64,000 nucleotides of DNA from an uncultured virus (IMG/VR IMGVR_UViG_3300006409_000029) (IMGVR_UViG_3300006409_000029); one strand, 5' to 3'. Positions 18,805-28,394 are shown, counted from the stretch's first letter. Notes: generated by a model from the sequence alone, not told the origin. A program made the numbers and translations.

Positions 18805-19823
18805 TAAACCTCCATATTGACCCGTCTTACCATAAGTTGGCTACTTATCCAGGCGGGCTGTTTAGTTTGACGCAACTTGCCATAGACATTTCGGTATCTA
18901 TAAGAATTCCTATATTTTCCGCATAATTGTCCTATATCGCCGTCCGGGGAGCCAATCAGGATGCCTTTCCTTAAGCCGAAAACTATACCTCCGCCATAAG
19001 GTTTTCTTATGCCGCCCTTGTCAGGGGATGCACGTTGAAGTTGCCGTCTGACCGCACGGTAAGAATCATCAACCACCAAAAAGACACCCGGCTCCACTTT
19101 AAGCCCCATCCCCACTTCACAAGCCAAGGCTAATGCATCAGAGCAATGGGACTCAAAAGCATCAATAGACTTATCACTAACCTTGGGATAGCAATACTTT
19201 TCACGAAATGCTGCTGTCTCCCAACCGCGAAATTCATGCAAAGTAACGCCACGCTCGGCAAAGAAACAGCGCAATTTTTTCTTTCCAACCTCTGCCGTAG
19301 TAACATCTACGTTCCGGTATTGTTTCATAAAGCTAAAACGAACGTCCTCTAATCCCACTATATGAATTGGATACAGATAAAATAACTCACGTAAAATCTT
19401 CAAGCGTGAGTTGACGATTACCAATTGCGATGGTGTTATTCCCTCCTTATATTTACGATTTCGATAGCGATGCTTCCGGCGACGACATTTACGTTTGCGT
19501 CGTGTTCTGCGCAATTTATGCCGTTTCTTTATCTTGCGAGCAATCTCCTTTTTGTTGGGTAGATTTAGTTTGATTGCTAGATTATTTTCATTTCCACAAA
19601 CCACTGCATAGCCTTCATATTTTGAACCAGGGTCTATACCTAGGGTAGTTTGTGGAGTTTCCCGACGGGTCTCAACCAGCAATTGAATACCAAAGGTGCC
19701 AAACTTACTCCAAGTGGGCTTGGCAACGCCGCCCTTTAGCAACTTACGTGCTTTAGCTGGAGTCGTAGGCGTCAATGGTGTTCCATCTTTCGCCAAAACG
19801 AAGACGGTGTGCTTTGCCGACAT
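18804..19823 (-). CDS. isrB: IsrB-like OMEGA RNA-guided nickase (IS200/IS605 family, RRXRR domain, no HNH)
   Basis: PLMP-type N-terminus (VFVL..DG.PLTPT), RuvC-I GIDPGSK, Arg-rich bridge helix, RuvC-II GLEDV, RuvC-III SHCSD; no HNH; 339 aa from the AGGAGG-preceded ATG; lower GC than flanks. Confidence 0.85.
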   Translation of the reverse strand: MSAKHTVFVLAKDGTPLTPTTPAKARKLLKGGVAKPTWSKFGTFGIQLLVETRRETPQTTLGIDPGSKYEGYAVVCGNENNLAIKLNLPNKKEIARKIKKRHKLRRTRRKRKCRRRKHRYRNRKYKEGITPSQLVIVNSRLKILRELFYLYPIHIVGLEDVRFSFMKQYRNVDVTTAEVGKKKLRCFFAERGVTLHEFRGWETAAFREKYCYPKVSDKSIDAFESHCSDALALACEVGMGLKVEPGVFLVVDDSYRAVRRQLQRASPDKGGIRKPYGGGIVFGLRKGILIGSPDGDIGQLCGKYRNSYRYRNVYGKLRQTKQPAWISSQLMVRRVNMEV

Positions 19824-19834
19824 TCGGCCTCCTA

Positions 19835-20078
19835 TTTGGAGTATTCTCTCCTCGACAATGCCAACAAGAGGCGTGTCGCCCACCATGCAGAGGCGGGCCT
19901 CCCAGGGCGAGGCTGGGCGCCTTCAGAGCTTGGAGCTGGAGAAGCACCCCAAGGTGAATATCCTCTTGTGGCGTAGTGCCCAAAGCACTTAGTCTAGTCA
20001 CCTCTTAACGGAGCCTCGCCTCTCCGCGCCGCCTGTTTAAGCAGCGGCAGGTAACTCATAGCAATACAGTCCACCTCA
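19835..20078 (-). ncRNA. omega RNA (HEARO-like) upstream of isrB, with predicted 5' guide at about 20059-20078
   Basis: Minus strand AGTTACCT..AGGTGACTAGACT..CACTACG..ACCTTGGGGTGCTTCTCCAGCTCCAAGCTCTG..GCATTGTCGAGGAGAG resembles HEARO/omega scaffold hallmarks; boundaries approximate. Confidence 0.8.
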
Positions 20079-20083
20079 TGTTA

Positions 20084-20704
20084 TTATTGTTCGATGTCAT
20101 ACGCATACACATACTCGCCCGTCTCCGGGTCCTGGATTGCCTCATCCGGGTAGACGTTCCACTCCACAGGGAATCCCTGTGGGTTGTCCCTGTCCCAGGC
20201 GATGGCGCTATCCGACCCAGAGCGTCGCACCTTCGGGAAGACCGTCATTATCAGCTTGAACGGCGTCGGCGCCGTCTCGTCCAGGTGAAGCACCGCCAGC
20301 CGTCGGTCGCCCATCTGCTTGGTGACGGTGTAGTACGTGACGGTCTCGGCAGCGGCATTGGTCTTGGTGGTCAAATCCACTCCCGCCACTGCCTCTTTCA
20401 CATCCTTGGTGCGCTCAGCGAGCGTGGTGGCTACTCTGATATTGTAATCGCCCACATAGTCCGCCACCCGACCGTGTTGCTGCGTCCGAACCGGGATGGC
20501 ATCCCAGCCATGCGTCATGGTGACGGCCTCGATGGTATCGCCCAGGCTCGTCCATCCGGTGGCAGCGTTATATGTGGCGAGGTTCACCACGTCGCTGATT
20601 TGCGTGGGCGGCTCTGTGGTATCGAAATCGGCTATAAAGATTCGGGCAGGCCCGATTTTTATAGCTTCGGGATTGTACTTGTAAACGGTTTCTCTTGTAG
20701 GCAT
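20084..20704 (-). CDS. Major tail tube protein
   Basis: IKIGPARIFIA..WTSLGDT..; size and synteny. Confidence 0.85.
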   Translation of the reverse strand: MPTRETVYKYNPEAIKIGPARIFIADFDTTEPPTQISDVVNLATYNAATGWTSLGDTIEAVTMTHGWDAIPVRTQQHGRVADYVGDYNIRVATTLAERTKDVKEAVAGVDLTTKTNAAAETVTYYTVTKQMGDRRLAVLHLDETAPTPFKLIMTVFPKVRRSGSDSAIAWDRDNPQGFPVEWNVYPDEAIQDPETGEYVYAYDIEQ

Positions 20705-20723
20705 ATTATTCCTCCACTGAGTA

Positions 20724-21239
20724 CTATCCTTGAGCGATGATGATTGTCATTTCCGTAGCCAGGCCACGAAACTTCGCATCAATCTCATCGCTCATAAGCT
20801 CAAGGGCTTTGAGATGAGTCTCCGCACCGGGCATCGAGGGATGTACCACCTGACGCGCTCCATACACCCAATCCCAGTCTATGGCCTCCCAGGGGAAGCT
20901 CATCCCCTTGGGGGTCTTGGCCTGTATCAGCCAGGGGTCTTCGCGTCCGAAGACGATGGCCTTGGCGGCCGGGTGGGTGTTTATCAGCTCCCCGATGACC
21001 CGTCCCCGCTGCCTGGTCACTTCCGCCTCCCAGAGCGTGTAGAACTGCGGGCCGGTGCGTCGAGGGTCGTGTTCCCTCCACTTGTCGCCACGAGGCGACT
21101 CCTCGGCTGCCTTCTCGACGAACTCATCCATCAGCTCCTCCATGACAGCCTGCATTTTGGACTCGACCCACCTCACGCTCTTGCCTATCGCGGCGATGGC
21201 CCTGTCCAGGTCAACGGATTCTATTCGCCACTCTTCCAT
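20724..21239 (-). CDS. Neck/tail completion protein (HK97 gp10-like)
   Basis: Synteny; HPAAKAIVFG..I.AK..K..VVHP motif. Confidence 0.65.
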   Translation of the reverse strand: MEEWRIESVDLDRAIAAIGKSVRWVESKMQAVMEELMDEFVEKAAEESPRGDKWREHDPRRTGPQFYTLWEAEVTRQRGRVIGELINTHPAAKAIVFGREDPWLIQAKTPKGMSFPWEAIDWDWVYGARQVVHPSMPGAETHLKALELMSDEIDAKFRGLATEMTIIIAQG

Positions 21240-21734
21240 TTACTCAGATTGTATCGGTATGGTAAAAACCGCTGGTACGGCTATCTGAAACATGCTCTGC
21301 CGCAGTATCACTCCCCGGCTCCTCCCCCAGGCGAACTCCGCTATCGGGCCAGCGGCCTCGCCCTCCAGGGTCTCGTAAGCCCTGAGAAACTCCCAGATGG
21401 CCTCTCGGTATCGAGACATCATCTTCGATAATGTCTCCGGCTCGCTGTGTCTCAGTTCAAGCACTAATACCAGCTCCAGAAGCCATCGCTCCCTCCGGCC
21501 CTGGGCGAAGGACATCCTCTCCATCGCCCCATCGAGGATGAAGAGGGCCGGAAAGCGACGTGCCTGGACGTGCTGATACTGTCCCGTCGAGAGGAGGTGA
21601 TACTCCTCTATATCATATAGCTTGAACTTATCGCTGGCGTAGACCGCTTTGTTCTCGACGGTATCGAGGTAGTCCTTGAAGTGAGTTTGAAACAGCGTCT
21701 TCAGCTTTTTCTTGATGGTCTCAGGAGTCGCCAT
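21240..21734 (-). CDS. Tail terminator/head-tail joining protein
   Basis: Synteny; FPALFI motif. Confidence 0.6.
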   Translation of the reverse strand: MATPETIKKKLKTLFQTHFKDYLDTVENKAVYASDKFKLYDIEEYHLLSTGQYQHVQARRFPALFILDGAMERMSFAQGRRERWLLELVLVLELRHSEPETLSKMMSRYREAIWEFLRAYETLEGEAAGPIAEFAWGRSRGVILRQSMFQIAVPAVFTIPIQSE

Positions 21735-21737
21735 TCG

Positions 21738-22265
21738 CTAGACCCTTTGGGCCGCGGCCTTCCAGGAGGCAATTATCTCCTTGAAGTCGGTATCATCCTC
21801 GTATTGCCACTTGGCGGCCAATCGCCTGGGCGAGAGCCGCTGCTCCATAGACTCGTAGCGGCTGTCGCCGAAGAGCGTGGGCAGCATGTTGATGCGCGGC
21901 GACGTTTCCCTGTCGGCGTCGTACAGGTGCTCCCCTCCGTGCGCCAGAAGAAGCCCCACGCTCCTCTCAAACATATCCCACCATCTCCTGAGCCTAGCGT
22001 TATCGGACTCGGTGGGAGCCTGAGAGGTGAGGGCCTCCAGCGCCAAGGCGCTGGCGCCCCAAAGCACCGCCCCCTGCACCAGTTTCTTCGAGGCCGTATC
22101 ATCCACCGGCGTCTTGATACCCAAACGCCTGAGCCGAGCCTCTATCTCAGCCTCGACCCACTGGATGAATTGCTCGACCTCAGCATCCGTCGGGCTGGTG
22201 GCGGAGCTGAAGATTATATCACCCAGCATGGCCTCAATATCGGCCACGGAGATATACGTCGCCAT
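21738..22265 (-). CDS. Head-tail adaptor protein
   Basis: YISVADIEA..EVEQFI..EAEIEARL; follows the capsid gene. Confidence 0.75.
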   Translation of the reverse strand: MATYISVADIEAMLGDIIFSSATSPTDAEVEQFIQWVEAEIEARLRRLGIKTPVDDTASKKLVQGAVLWGASALALEALTSQAPTESDNARLRRWWDMFERSVGLLLAHGGEHLYDADRETSPRINMLPTLFGDSRYESMEQRLSPRRLAAKWQYEDDTDFKEIIASWKAAAQRV

Positions 22266-22287
22266 ATATATCGCTGTCCCTTTCCCT

Positions 22288-22317
22288 GAAGGGGGCGGCG
22301 TAGCGCCGCCCCCTCCC
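22288..22317 (-). terminator. GC-rich hairpin after the capsid gene (terminator or stabiliser)
   Basis: AGGGGGCGGCG-TAG-CGCCGCCCCCT; weak U tract. Confidence 0.6.
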
Positions 22318-22330
22318 TAGCTGCTATCTA

Positions 22331-23374
22331 TTAGGTGGCGCTGGCGAAGACTTTGCACACTGCCCAGCGGTTCAGGTCTTCGATGGCTGGGAAAGCGTAG
22401 ATACCCACGCCCGTCTCAACCGTCCACGGGTCAATGGTCTCCTTATTCCAGGTGAACTTGCCCGTGCGCAGCCCATCCGGCCCTGGAGCAGTCTTCATTG
22501 AGCCAACCGCCCCCTGCGGCAACAGCAGGACTAAGTTGTTGGGCAGGAAGCGATAGGTCTTGCGAGTGACTTTGCCCGTGCTGGTGTTGTATGTCCGCGT
22601 GGTGTATTTGGCGTCGTAGACGATGACCTCAGTCAGACCCGTCATCTTAATGGATTGGATGACGAACTGAGGCGGCAGGCTGGTCTGAGCAGCGCCAAAT
22701 TGCCCGGTGACCCAGAGGTTTTGCACCTCGGTCAGGTCGGCAATCTCCCGCAGCACCCTTCGGGAGCAGACCATCACTTTCGGGTCCTCGCCGCAGTGGT
22801 CTCCCACCTCCTCAATCCACTTCAGAAGGTCGGTGATGGGCTTGGCGGTGGATTGGTCCCAATAGGTGCTGGCAACTCTCTGGTTGGTGCCGATGAACGG
22901 GCCAGGATATTTGACGCTTATCTTGACCCCGCCATCGTCCACTGTGATTGAACCCCGAAGGGCATTGATGGCAAGCCACTCCAAACGTGCATCCACGGCC
23001 TGATTTAGCTTGTTGACGGCTTTCAGAATTTGCTGCCTGCGCTCGAACTGCATCCTGGCGATTTCGCTGTTTTGGGAGCGGGCAATCTCGTCGAAGATTC
23101 TCAGGTCGCTTGACTTAAAGACCCGCTTATAGCGGATATAAGCCACGCTCGCAGAGAGCCGTGAGTAGATGTCCCCGCTCATCTTCGGCGTCTCGCCATC
23201 CACTGAGACGAAAGGCGCCAGTGGGTTCTCGTCCAGCTCGACCCAGGTCAGAAATTCATCCGTCGAGGTATCCTCGAAGGGAAACAGGCGCGGGAAGAGA
23301 TAATTTCTGTTGATGGGTGCAATACGTACCAGGCCCGTGAGGGCTGGTTCCCTCATCCAGGTAGGTAATGCCAT
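22331..23374 (-). CDS. Major capsid protein (lambda gpE-like family)
   Basis: LFP, LAPFVS.DGE, ARLEWLAINAL.G, AKPITDL, YDAKY, FLPNN motifs. Confidence 0.9.
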   Translation of the reverse strand: MALPTWMREPALTGLVRIAPINRNYLFPRLFPFEDTSTDEFLTWVELDENPLAPFVSVDGETPKMSGDIYSRLSASVAYIRYKRVFKSSDLRIFDEIARSQNSEIARMQFERRQQILKAVNKLNQAVDARLEWLAINALRGSITVDDGGVKISVKYPGPFIGTNQRVASTYWDQSTAKPITDLLKWIEEVGDHCGEDPKVMVCSRRVLREIADLTEVQNLWVTGQFGAAQTSLPPQFVIQSIKMTGLTEVIVYDAKYTTRTYNTSTGKVTRKTYRFLPNNLVLLLPQGAVGSMKTAPGPDGLRTGKFTWNKETIDPWTVETGVGIYAFPAIEDLNRWAVCKVFASAT

Positions 23375-23397
23375 TGTAACCTCCCTATGCTATTAGA

Positions 23398-23805
23398 TTA
23401 GATGCGCTTGGCGAAAACGATTCTCTTGTCCAACGCGCTTATGGTGGTTGAAGTGACCGTACCGAACGTGCCGTTGTCGAAGATGAGGTCGCTGTCGAGC
23501 CAGGCATTGTCCACTACGATGCCCACAATCTCGTCGTGCGTCCCCTCCTCGTTCTCCAGGCTGACCGGCCCAGGCAGAACCCCAATCACGCCGAACCCAT
23601 AACTGGTGTAGTGAGGCACGATTTTCTCGGTGCTGGGGTCTAGGGCCATGACCCAGCCCTCCTTCAGCCACTTCCGCCCATTGCGGTCTGTCGTGGAGAC
23701 GTAGTCCTTGTCAATGGTGTAGGTGGCGAAGACGGCATGTTCCGGGTCGGTCAGGAATATGTCGTTTACCACATCGTATGTGGAGATTGCTGTGTAATAA
23801 GCCAT
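23398..23805 (-). CDS. Head decoration protein
   Basis: NGRKWLKEG.VMA motif; directly before the capsid gene. Confidence 0.75.
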   Translation of the reverse strand: MAYYTAISTYDVVNDIFLTDPEHAVFATYTIDKDYVSTTDRNGRKWLKEGWVMALDPSTEKIVPHYTSYGFGVIGVLPGPVSLENEEGTHDEIVGIVVDNAWLDSDLIFDNGTFGTVTSTTISALDKRIVFAKRI

Positions 23806-23836
23806 TTTCTAACCTCCGTTTAGGTTTCTAGGACTC

Positions 23837-25549
23837 TTAATCCACGGGGAAGAGTCCATGTTCCTTGGCAAGTTTCTTAGCCAGCTCCTCGCCCTCCTTC
23901 AGCTCCTCCAGGCGATTATCCTCCTTGCTCTCCGCCCTGGGGGACTCCTTCGGAGGCTCGGTGATGGCTCCCAACTTACCAGGACAATCCTCAAGGAGCT
24001 TTACAAGCGCCTCGAAGATATTGACCTTCTCCTTGCCCTCCTCCAGCTCGATTGTCCTCTCCGCCTCCGGATTGAGCGCCAGGAGGATGGGCTTCAGGGC
24101 ATTCACGATGACGGGCGGCACACCACGCTCGGTGGCAGCCTCAAGGTGTCGCCCCACGAGAAGCTCATGGTGCTTGCGAAGCAGCTCCTTGTATTGCCCC
24201 TCAAGGGCGCTATACTTCTCCTGATATTCTTGTAGCTTGGAATCCATTGGTTCCGCCTCCTGTTTCATTTTTTGCTTGGCCTGTTCCGGTCGCTTGAGCA
24301 CGTCCTCATGCTTCCGCAGGTGGGCCCAGGCCCGCCGCCTTAGCTCCTCCGTCGAGATGGAGTCGGTGACCGGCTTGATTTGGTTGGCCCTGGCCCTGGC
24401 GTTTCGATAGTGGGTGATGTCCACAGACTTATCCTCGTTCGGGTCTTTGACGTTCTTGTTGTGATGCGGAAGATGTCGGGCGTTTTTGTTCTCAGTCTTG
24501 CCCTGCTTATAGGCAGGCTCGATGACTGCAAACGCAGCGTCCGGCAGAGTGTTGATGAACGCCCTCGTCCACTTGGCAAGCTCCACCAGGGACTCAGGCA
24601 AATCATCCTCGAAGGCCAAAGCATAATATAGGTTTATCTTCTGATTTGGAGAAAGCTCCCCAAAAGTCTCCTCAGTTAGTTGAATCATAGCTCGCTCCTT
24701 GTCGTCTTTATTGTCATCCCCCTCCAGCTTCACGACGGTGCTGGTGGTGAGGGGAGTTACCGAGATTTGCCAAACACTGTTGCCCGGCGATGTGAAGTGC
24801 GTATCGGTGCCATCGCTGTCATACGGCGGGCGGAAGGTCGTCCAAAAGCTGAGATTGCGAAACTCCTCGACGGGCGGCATTCTCAGGAAATCCCTGTTGG
24901 TGAGGGCCACCTCCTTGATGATGACATCATCATCCCTCTCCACATAGGCCGGACTGATGAAGCGATAGTATCGCTCCTTGATGAGTTTCTTCCCCAGGCT
25001 AGTCCAGTTCACCTTGGCGACGAGATAATCCCCCTCCAACCTCATCATCTCCAGCCAGCCGCACGCCTCATCCCCGCGATGGCGGGTATCCACCGGCACC
25101 TGCGCCTCCAATGGGGCGCGGGGGCGGTTGCGGCAGGAGTAGAAGTTGGCGATGGCGTTCATGGCCTTTTCCTCGGTGAAGGTGAACTTTCCATACCAGG
25201 GGTGCTTGTACTCCCCCAGCATGTGTACCGGAATCCACGCCGGCATGTCGGGGTCGTAGTCCCGGCCCTCCTCCAGCTCGAAGCTCAGCTCAAACTCCAG
25301 CTCCAGCGGGATGGATGTCCCCAGGAACGACGCCTGGCCCTGGAGGTCTTCCTCCTGATTCTTCTGCCGCTTGAGGTAGTTATTCACGGCGTGCCAGGCG
25401 ATGGCATAGGCGTTCCCCGCCGGGCCATCATCCTTGTTCCCGTTCCGCCGATACACGTTATTGAAAGTCCGCACCCAAATCTCACGGGCGCGTTTTGGCA
25501 AAGCCTTGACTTTTTCCGGTAGCTCCGGCGAATTGACCGTATACATCAT
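23837..25549 (-). CDS. ChaB-domain / Mu gpI-like prohead protease / scaffold fusion
   Basis: ELPEKVKALP..AREIW..TFN..AW.AV (ChaB); VDTRH..EACGW..VNWT..G..YRFISP..VALTN (protease); INTLPDAAFA..RHLPHH domain; coiled-coil tail. Confidence 0.85.
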   Translation of the reverse strand: MMYTVNSPELPEKVKALPKRAREIWVRTFNNVYRRNGNKDDGPAGNAYAIAWHAVNNYLKRQKNQEEDLQGQASFLGTSIPLELEFELSFELEEGRDYDPDMPAWIPVHMLGEYKHPWYGKFTFTEEKAMNAIANFYSCRNRPRAPLEAQVPVDTRHRGDEACGWLEMMRLEGDYLVAKVNWTSLGKKLIKERYYRFISPAYVERDDDVIIKEVALTNRDFLRMPPVEEFRNLSFWTTFRPPYDSDGTDTHFTSPGNSVWQISVTPLTTSTVVKLEGDDNKDDKERAMIQLTEETFGELSPNQKINLYYALAFEDDLPESLVELAKWTRAFINTLPDAAFAVIEPAYKQGKTENKNARHLPHHNKNVKDPNEDKSVDITHYRNARARANQIKPVTDSISTEELRRRAWAHLRKHEDVLKRPEQAKQKMKQEAEPMDSKLQEYQEKYSALEGQYKELLRKHHELLVGRHLEAATERGVPPVIVNALKPILLALNPEAERTIELEEGKEKVNIFEALVKLLEDCPGKLGAITEPPKESPRAESKEDNRLEELKEGEELAKKLAKEHGLFPVD

Positions 25550-25559
25550 CACCCTCCAC

Positions 25560-25586
25560 AAAAAGAGCGCCTCACAAGAGGCGCTC
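25560..25586 (-). terminator. Intrinsic terminator immediately upstream of the protease RBS
   Basis: GAGCGCCTC-TTGT-GAGGCGCTC-TTTTT. Confidence 0.8.
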
Positions 25587-25634
25587 AGGACGCTCTAAAA
25601 GTTGAGAGTATTCGTTTGTCCGAGCCTTTTAAGG

Positions 25635-25973
25635 CTACTTCACTTCCCAGCTCAGGATGGTGGCCTGTTGCACCGCAAAGATGGAGTTCCACAATTCCCA
25701 GGCCAAGTCTTGCACGTGTTTCTTGGGTAGCAGGAATTCGAGTATCAGCCTCAATAGCGAGGGAACATGGGACATGGCGATGTCATAGAAATAGCCCACG
25801 ACGTTATCCACATCCTCCCTGCTGATGTCGGCTATCTCATCGCGAATCCAGCGCTCCATCCACTGGAACGCATTGTGGATGATTTGGTTCAGCGTCCGGG
25901 TTCTCCAGGCATATATGAACAAGGCCAACCCGGCCGCGAATACGAGCCAGTACTCCAGCACAAAGTCTACCAT
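25635..25973 (-). CDS. Membrane-anchored protein (possibly holin-like)
   Basis: N-terminal TM helix; AGGAGG RBS. Confidence 0.6.
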   Translation of the reverse strand: MVDFVLEYWLVFAAGLALFIYAWRTRTLNQIIHNAFQWMERWIRDEIADISREDVDNVVGYFYDIAMSHVPSLLRLILEFLLPKKHVQDLAWELWNSIFAVQQATILSWEVK

Positions 25974-25994
25974 CGTACCTCCTGTTCAAGCCAT

Positions 25995-26126
25995 TCAAGG
26001 AATTCCAAACGCTCCCCAATGCCAGTATTCCATGAGCAGGTCATGGGTAGCCTCCGGGCCGAGGAGCAACGCAAGCAGCGTTATCAGAATAACGAGAATG
26101 GCAAATATTCTGAATGTCCACTCCAT
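25995..26126 (-). CDS. 43-aa membrane peptide
   Basis: MEWTFRIFAILVILITLLALLLGPE...; first ORF after the promoter, not in the ORF track. Confidence 0.5.
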   Translation of the reverse strand: MEWTFRIFAILVILITLLALLLGPEATHDLLMEYWHWGAFGIP

Positions 26127-26147
26127 AACTTGAGGCAACTTGTCCAT

Positions 26148-26176
26148 AATATAGCATCACTTTCGCTTTTTGTCAA
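26148..26176 (-). promoter_or_regulatory. Sigma70-type promoter for the head-tail operon
   Basis: TTGACA-17 nt-TATATT with TG extension. Confidence 0.75.
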
Positions 26177-26186
26177 GTCAAGTATA

Positions 26187-27383
26187 TCACCTTCTCGCCA
26201 GTTTGTCAAATAGGGAAAGCCAGTAGTACGCCCCGGACTGCCTCAGCCCAGGCCCAAACCAGTCCGCCACCCACACCTGATGCCACCTCTGCCACAGGCA
26301 GAAGGCGAAACCCTGAGCATAAGCCTGATATATCACCCTATGCCCCTCCCACTCGATAATCGTCTCGTTACAGAGGGGGAAGCCCAGCCGGGCGGCGCGG
26401 GCCGCCTTGAACAGGGCCGCGTCGGGATTCCAGGCCACCAATTCCGATATGCGCCGCCGATTTGTCCATAGCTGCGGGCGCAGCCAGTTGGCGAACTCAT
26501 CGGCGTTAAAGGGCTTCGTCTCCTCCTCCGGGGGCGGCGGGGGAGGCGGCGGGGGCGGCTCATCCTCATCTATGTCCCCCTGTTCGACGATATAGTCTCC
26601 CAATCGGGTAGCTAACCACCTGGATAGCTCGAAGGTCGGCCAGCCCCCATACTGGCCGTAGGCGAAGATGGTGGCGCCGAAGATGGTATTGTCCTTCATG
26701 AACTCGCTATCGGCGTCCTTGAGCTGTTGGAGGTACTTTCTCTCGGTCGTATACGTCCTCCAGCCGTGCCCCTTGGCGCCGCAGTCAATCCCGAACTCCG
26801 TGAGTATCGTCGGGCGATAGACTCCCGCCGCCTGAATCATCTTCCGATAGCGCAGGGTGTACCACTCGGCATCGGAGAGCACCTCCGGGCAGCCGTAGCC
26901 ATGATAGGCCAGGTAGTCCGCCACCTTCAGAGCTGGAGCAAAGTATTTCATCAGGGATATATCGGCGGGGTTTCCCACCGAGAAGCTCCCCACCAATACA
27001 TCAAGCTCCGGGCACTTGGCCTTCAGCTCCAGCGCCCATACGCGGTTGAACTCCGCCAGCTTCTGCATCTCCAGCGGCGTATGGACGATTGGCTCGTTGA
27101 TGCACTCGAAGGCATCGAACCTCTCGCCATTGGCCTTGTGGATGTCGTAATGTATCGCCGCCAGGTGCTTGGCGTTGGATACAGACCACTCCCACAGGTC
27201 TACCTGTTGCCCCAGGTAGCGAGCGATGAGGTAAACATCTCCCGGAATCTCCGGCATCCACTTGGCATAATCGCCATAATTGACGATGACCAGCTTCGCT
27301 ACCCTGGGGCGATACTCCACTATCCAGTCCTTGCCATAGTCAGCCGGATTGAGGCATTGAATGCCCAGTTTCGATTTTCTCAT
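26187..27383 (-). CDS. Clan GH-A-like glycoside hydrolase with poly-Pro linker and C-terminal putative wall-binding domain
   Basis: INEP acid/base, FSVGNP, AYHGY, LRYRK, LTEFG nucleophile; C-terminal NPDAAL.KAA..LG.PL.NE..YQAY. Confidence 0.75.
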   Translation of the reverse strand: MRKSKLGIQCLNPADYGKDWIVEYRPRVAKLVIVNYGDYAKWMPEIPGDVYLIARYLGQQVDLWEWSVSNAKHLAAIHYDIHKANGERFDAFECINEPIVHTPLEMQKLAEFNRVWALELKAKCPELDVLVGSFSVGNPADISLMKYFAPALKVADYLAYHGYGCPEVLSDAEWYTLRYRKMIQAAGVYRPTILTEFGIDCGAKGHGWRTYTTERKYLQQLKDADSEFMKDNTIFGATIFAYGQYGGWPTFELSRWLATRLGDYIVEQGDIDEDEPPPPPPPPPPEEETKPFNADEFANWLRPQLWTNRRRISELVAWNPDAALFKAARAARLGFPLCNETIIEWEGHRVIYQAYAQGFAFCLWQRWHQVWVADWFGPGLRQSGAYYWLSLFDKLARR

Positions 27384-27392
27384 CTCGTCCTC

Positions 27393-28394
27393 CTATCTCT
27401 CCTGTACTTGCCATAGATAGCCCATATAGTCCACTGTAGTTATCTCAGCCACTTCGACTGTATAAGACTCAACTTCAGCGAAATCCCATCTCAGCCTTTG
27501 AATGGCCTCCTCCGCCATGAGATTGGCGTAGGATATGAGGCCGTTCCTGACGACAATCGCCAGCATCTCCGGCTCAGGGAACTCAGCGCCATATTGCTCC
27601 TCAAGCCCTATCCTCAACTGATGGACGACCCCCGACCAGGCATTGTGGAGCGAGGCCCTCAAATCCACCTCCCTCCTCTCCACCGGGTCGAGGATTTCCA
27701 CCCTGGCCGTGAGCTTCAGCACCTCGATTATCTCATCCCCCTCGCTATAGCTGAGATAGGCATAGACGATGACAGTCTCCATCCTCTGTATCGGCTCGAT
27801 ATAGCTCAGCGGGAGGATATTGCCGCGCTGGACGTATCTCGCCTTTCCCCAGAGAGGATAGGCGATGGCCTCCCCATAGGGGACGACGCTGGAGGCGACA
27901 ATGGCTATCAGAGACAAGCTCACCAGCCATTGCGGAATGGAAATCCTCTTCTTCGGGGGAAAGATGGTCAAAGGCACCGGGCGAATCGGCCCGGCCAGGA
28001 GCCTGAAATTCCTCAAATCTATCTCGAACCTCCTGGTCTTCCACCAGAAGATACCCTTGATGAGGGCGGCCACCATGGGCCCGATGGCAAACCACCCCAG
28101 GATGGCGGCCATCAGCAGATAGCCCTCCCTGCCCAGGTTTCGGGTCAGAACTCGATACGGCGCAAATCTCACCAGGGCGAAGAGGACAGCGATATAGACG
28201 ATGCCCTTCTTGAAGCTCTCCAGGGCCGAGCGGGCCCTGGCCGAGGCAATCCTGTCCCTGGCTGCGATGAGGGCCTTCTTCAGCTCCTCAGCCGTGGGGA
28301 GGAAACCGAAGCATATAATGTCCGTTCCCCCGGCGAGCAGTGCCCCTCCGTCGCACCAGACCTCCTTGCCCTTTCGATAGCACTCAATCCTCAT
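27393..28394 (-). CDS. Multi-pass membrane protein
   Basis: Three hydrophobic segments. Confidence 0.7.
   Translation of the reverse strand: MRIECYRKGKEVWCDGGALLAGGTDIICFGFLPTAEELKKALIAARDRIASARARSALESFKKGIVYIAVLFALVRFAPYRVLTRNLGREGYLLMAAILGWFAIGPMVAALIKGIFWWKTRRFEIDLRNFRLLAGPIRPVPLTIFPPKKRISIPQWLVSLSLIAIVASSVVPYGEAIAYPLWGKARYVQRGNILPLSYIEPIQRMETVIVYAYLSYSEGDEIIEVLKLTARVEILDPVERREVDLRASLHNAWSGVVHQLRIGLEEQYGAEFPEPEMLAIVVRNGLISYANLMAEEAIQRLRWDFAEVESYTVEVAEITTVDYMGYLWQVQER

Noticed and set aside
18804..19886. Cas9/IscB/TnpB assignment and the longer 360-aa start
   Set aside because: No HNH and no TnpB zinc finger. The upstream ATG lies within the omega RNA, whereas 19823 has an AGGAGG RBS.
14805..26560. 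GGC/GGA-rich microsatellite-like tracts near 14810 and 26530
   Set aside because: They encode poly-proline linkers in the tape measure protein and the hydrolase.
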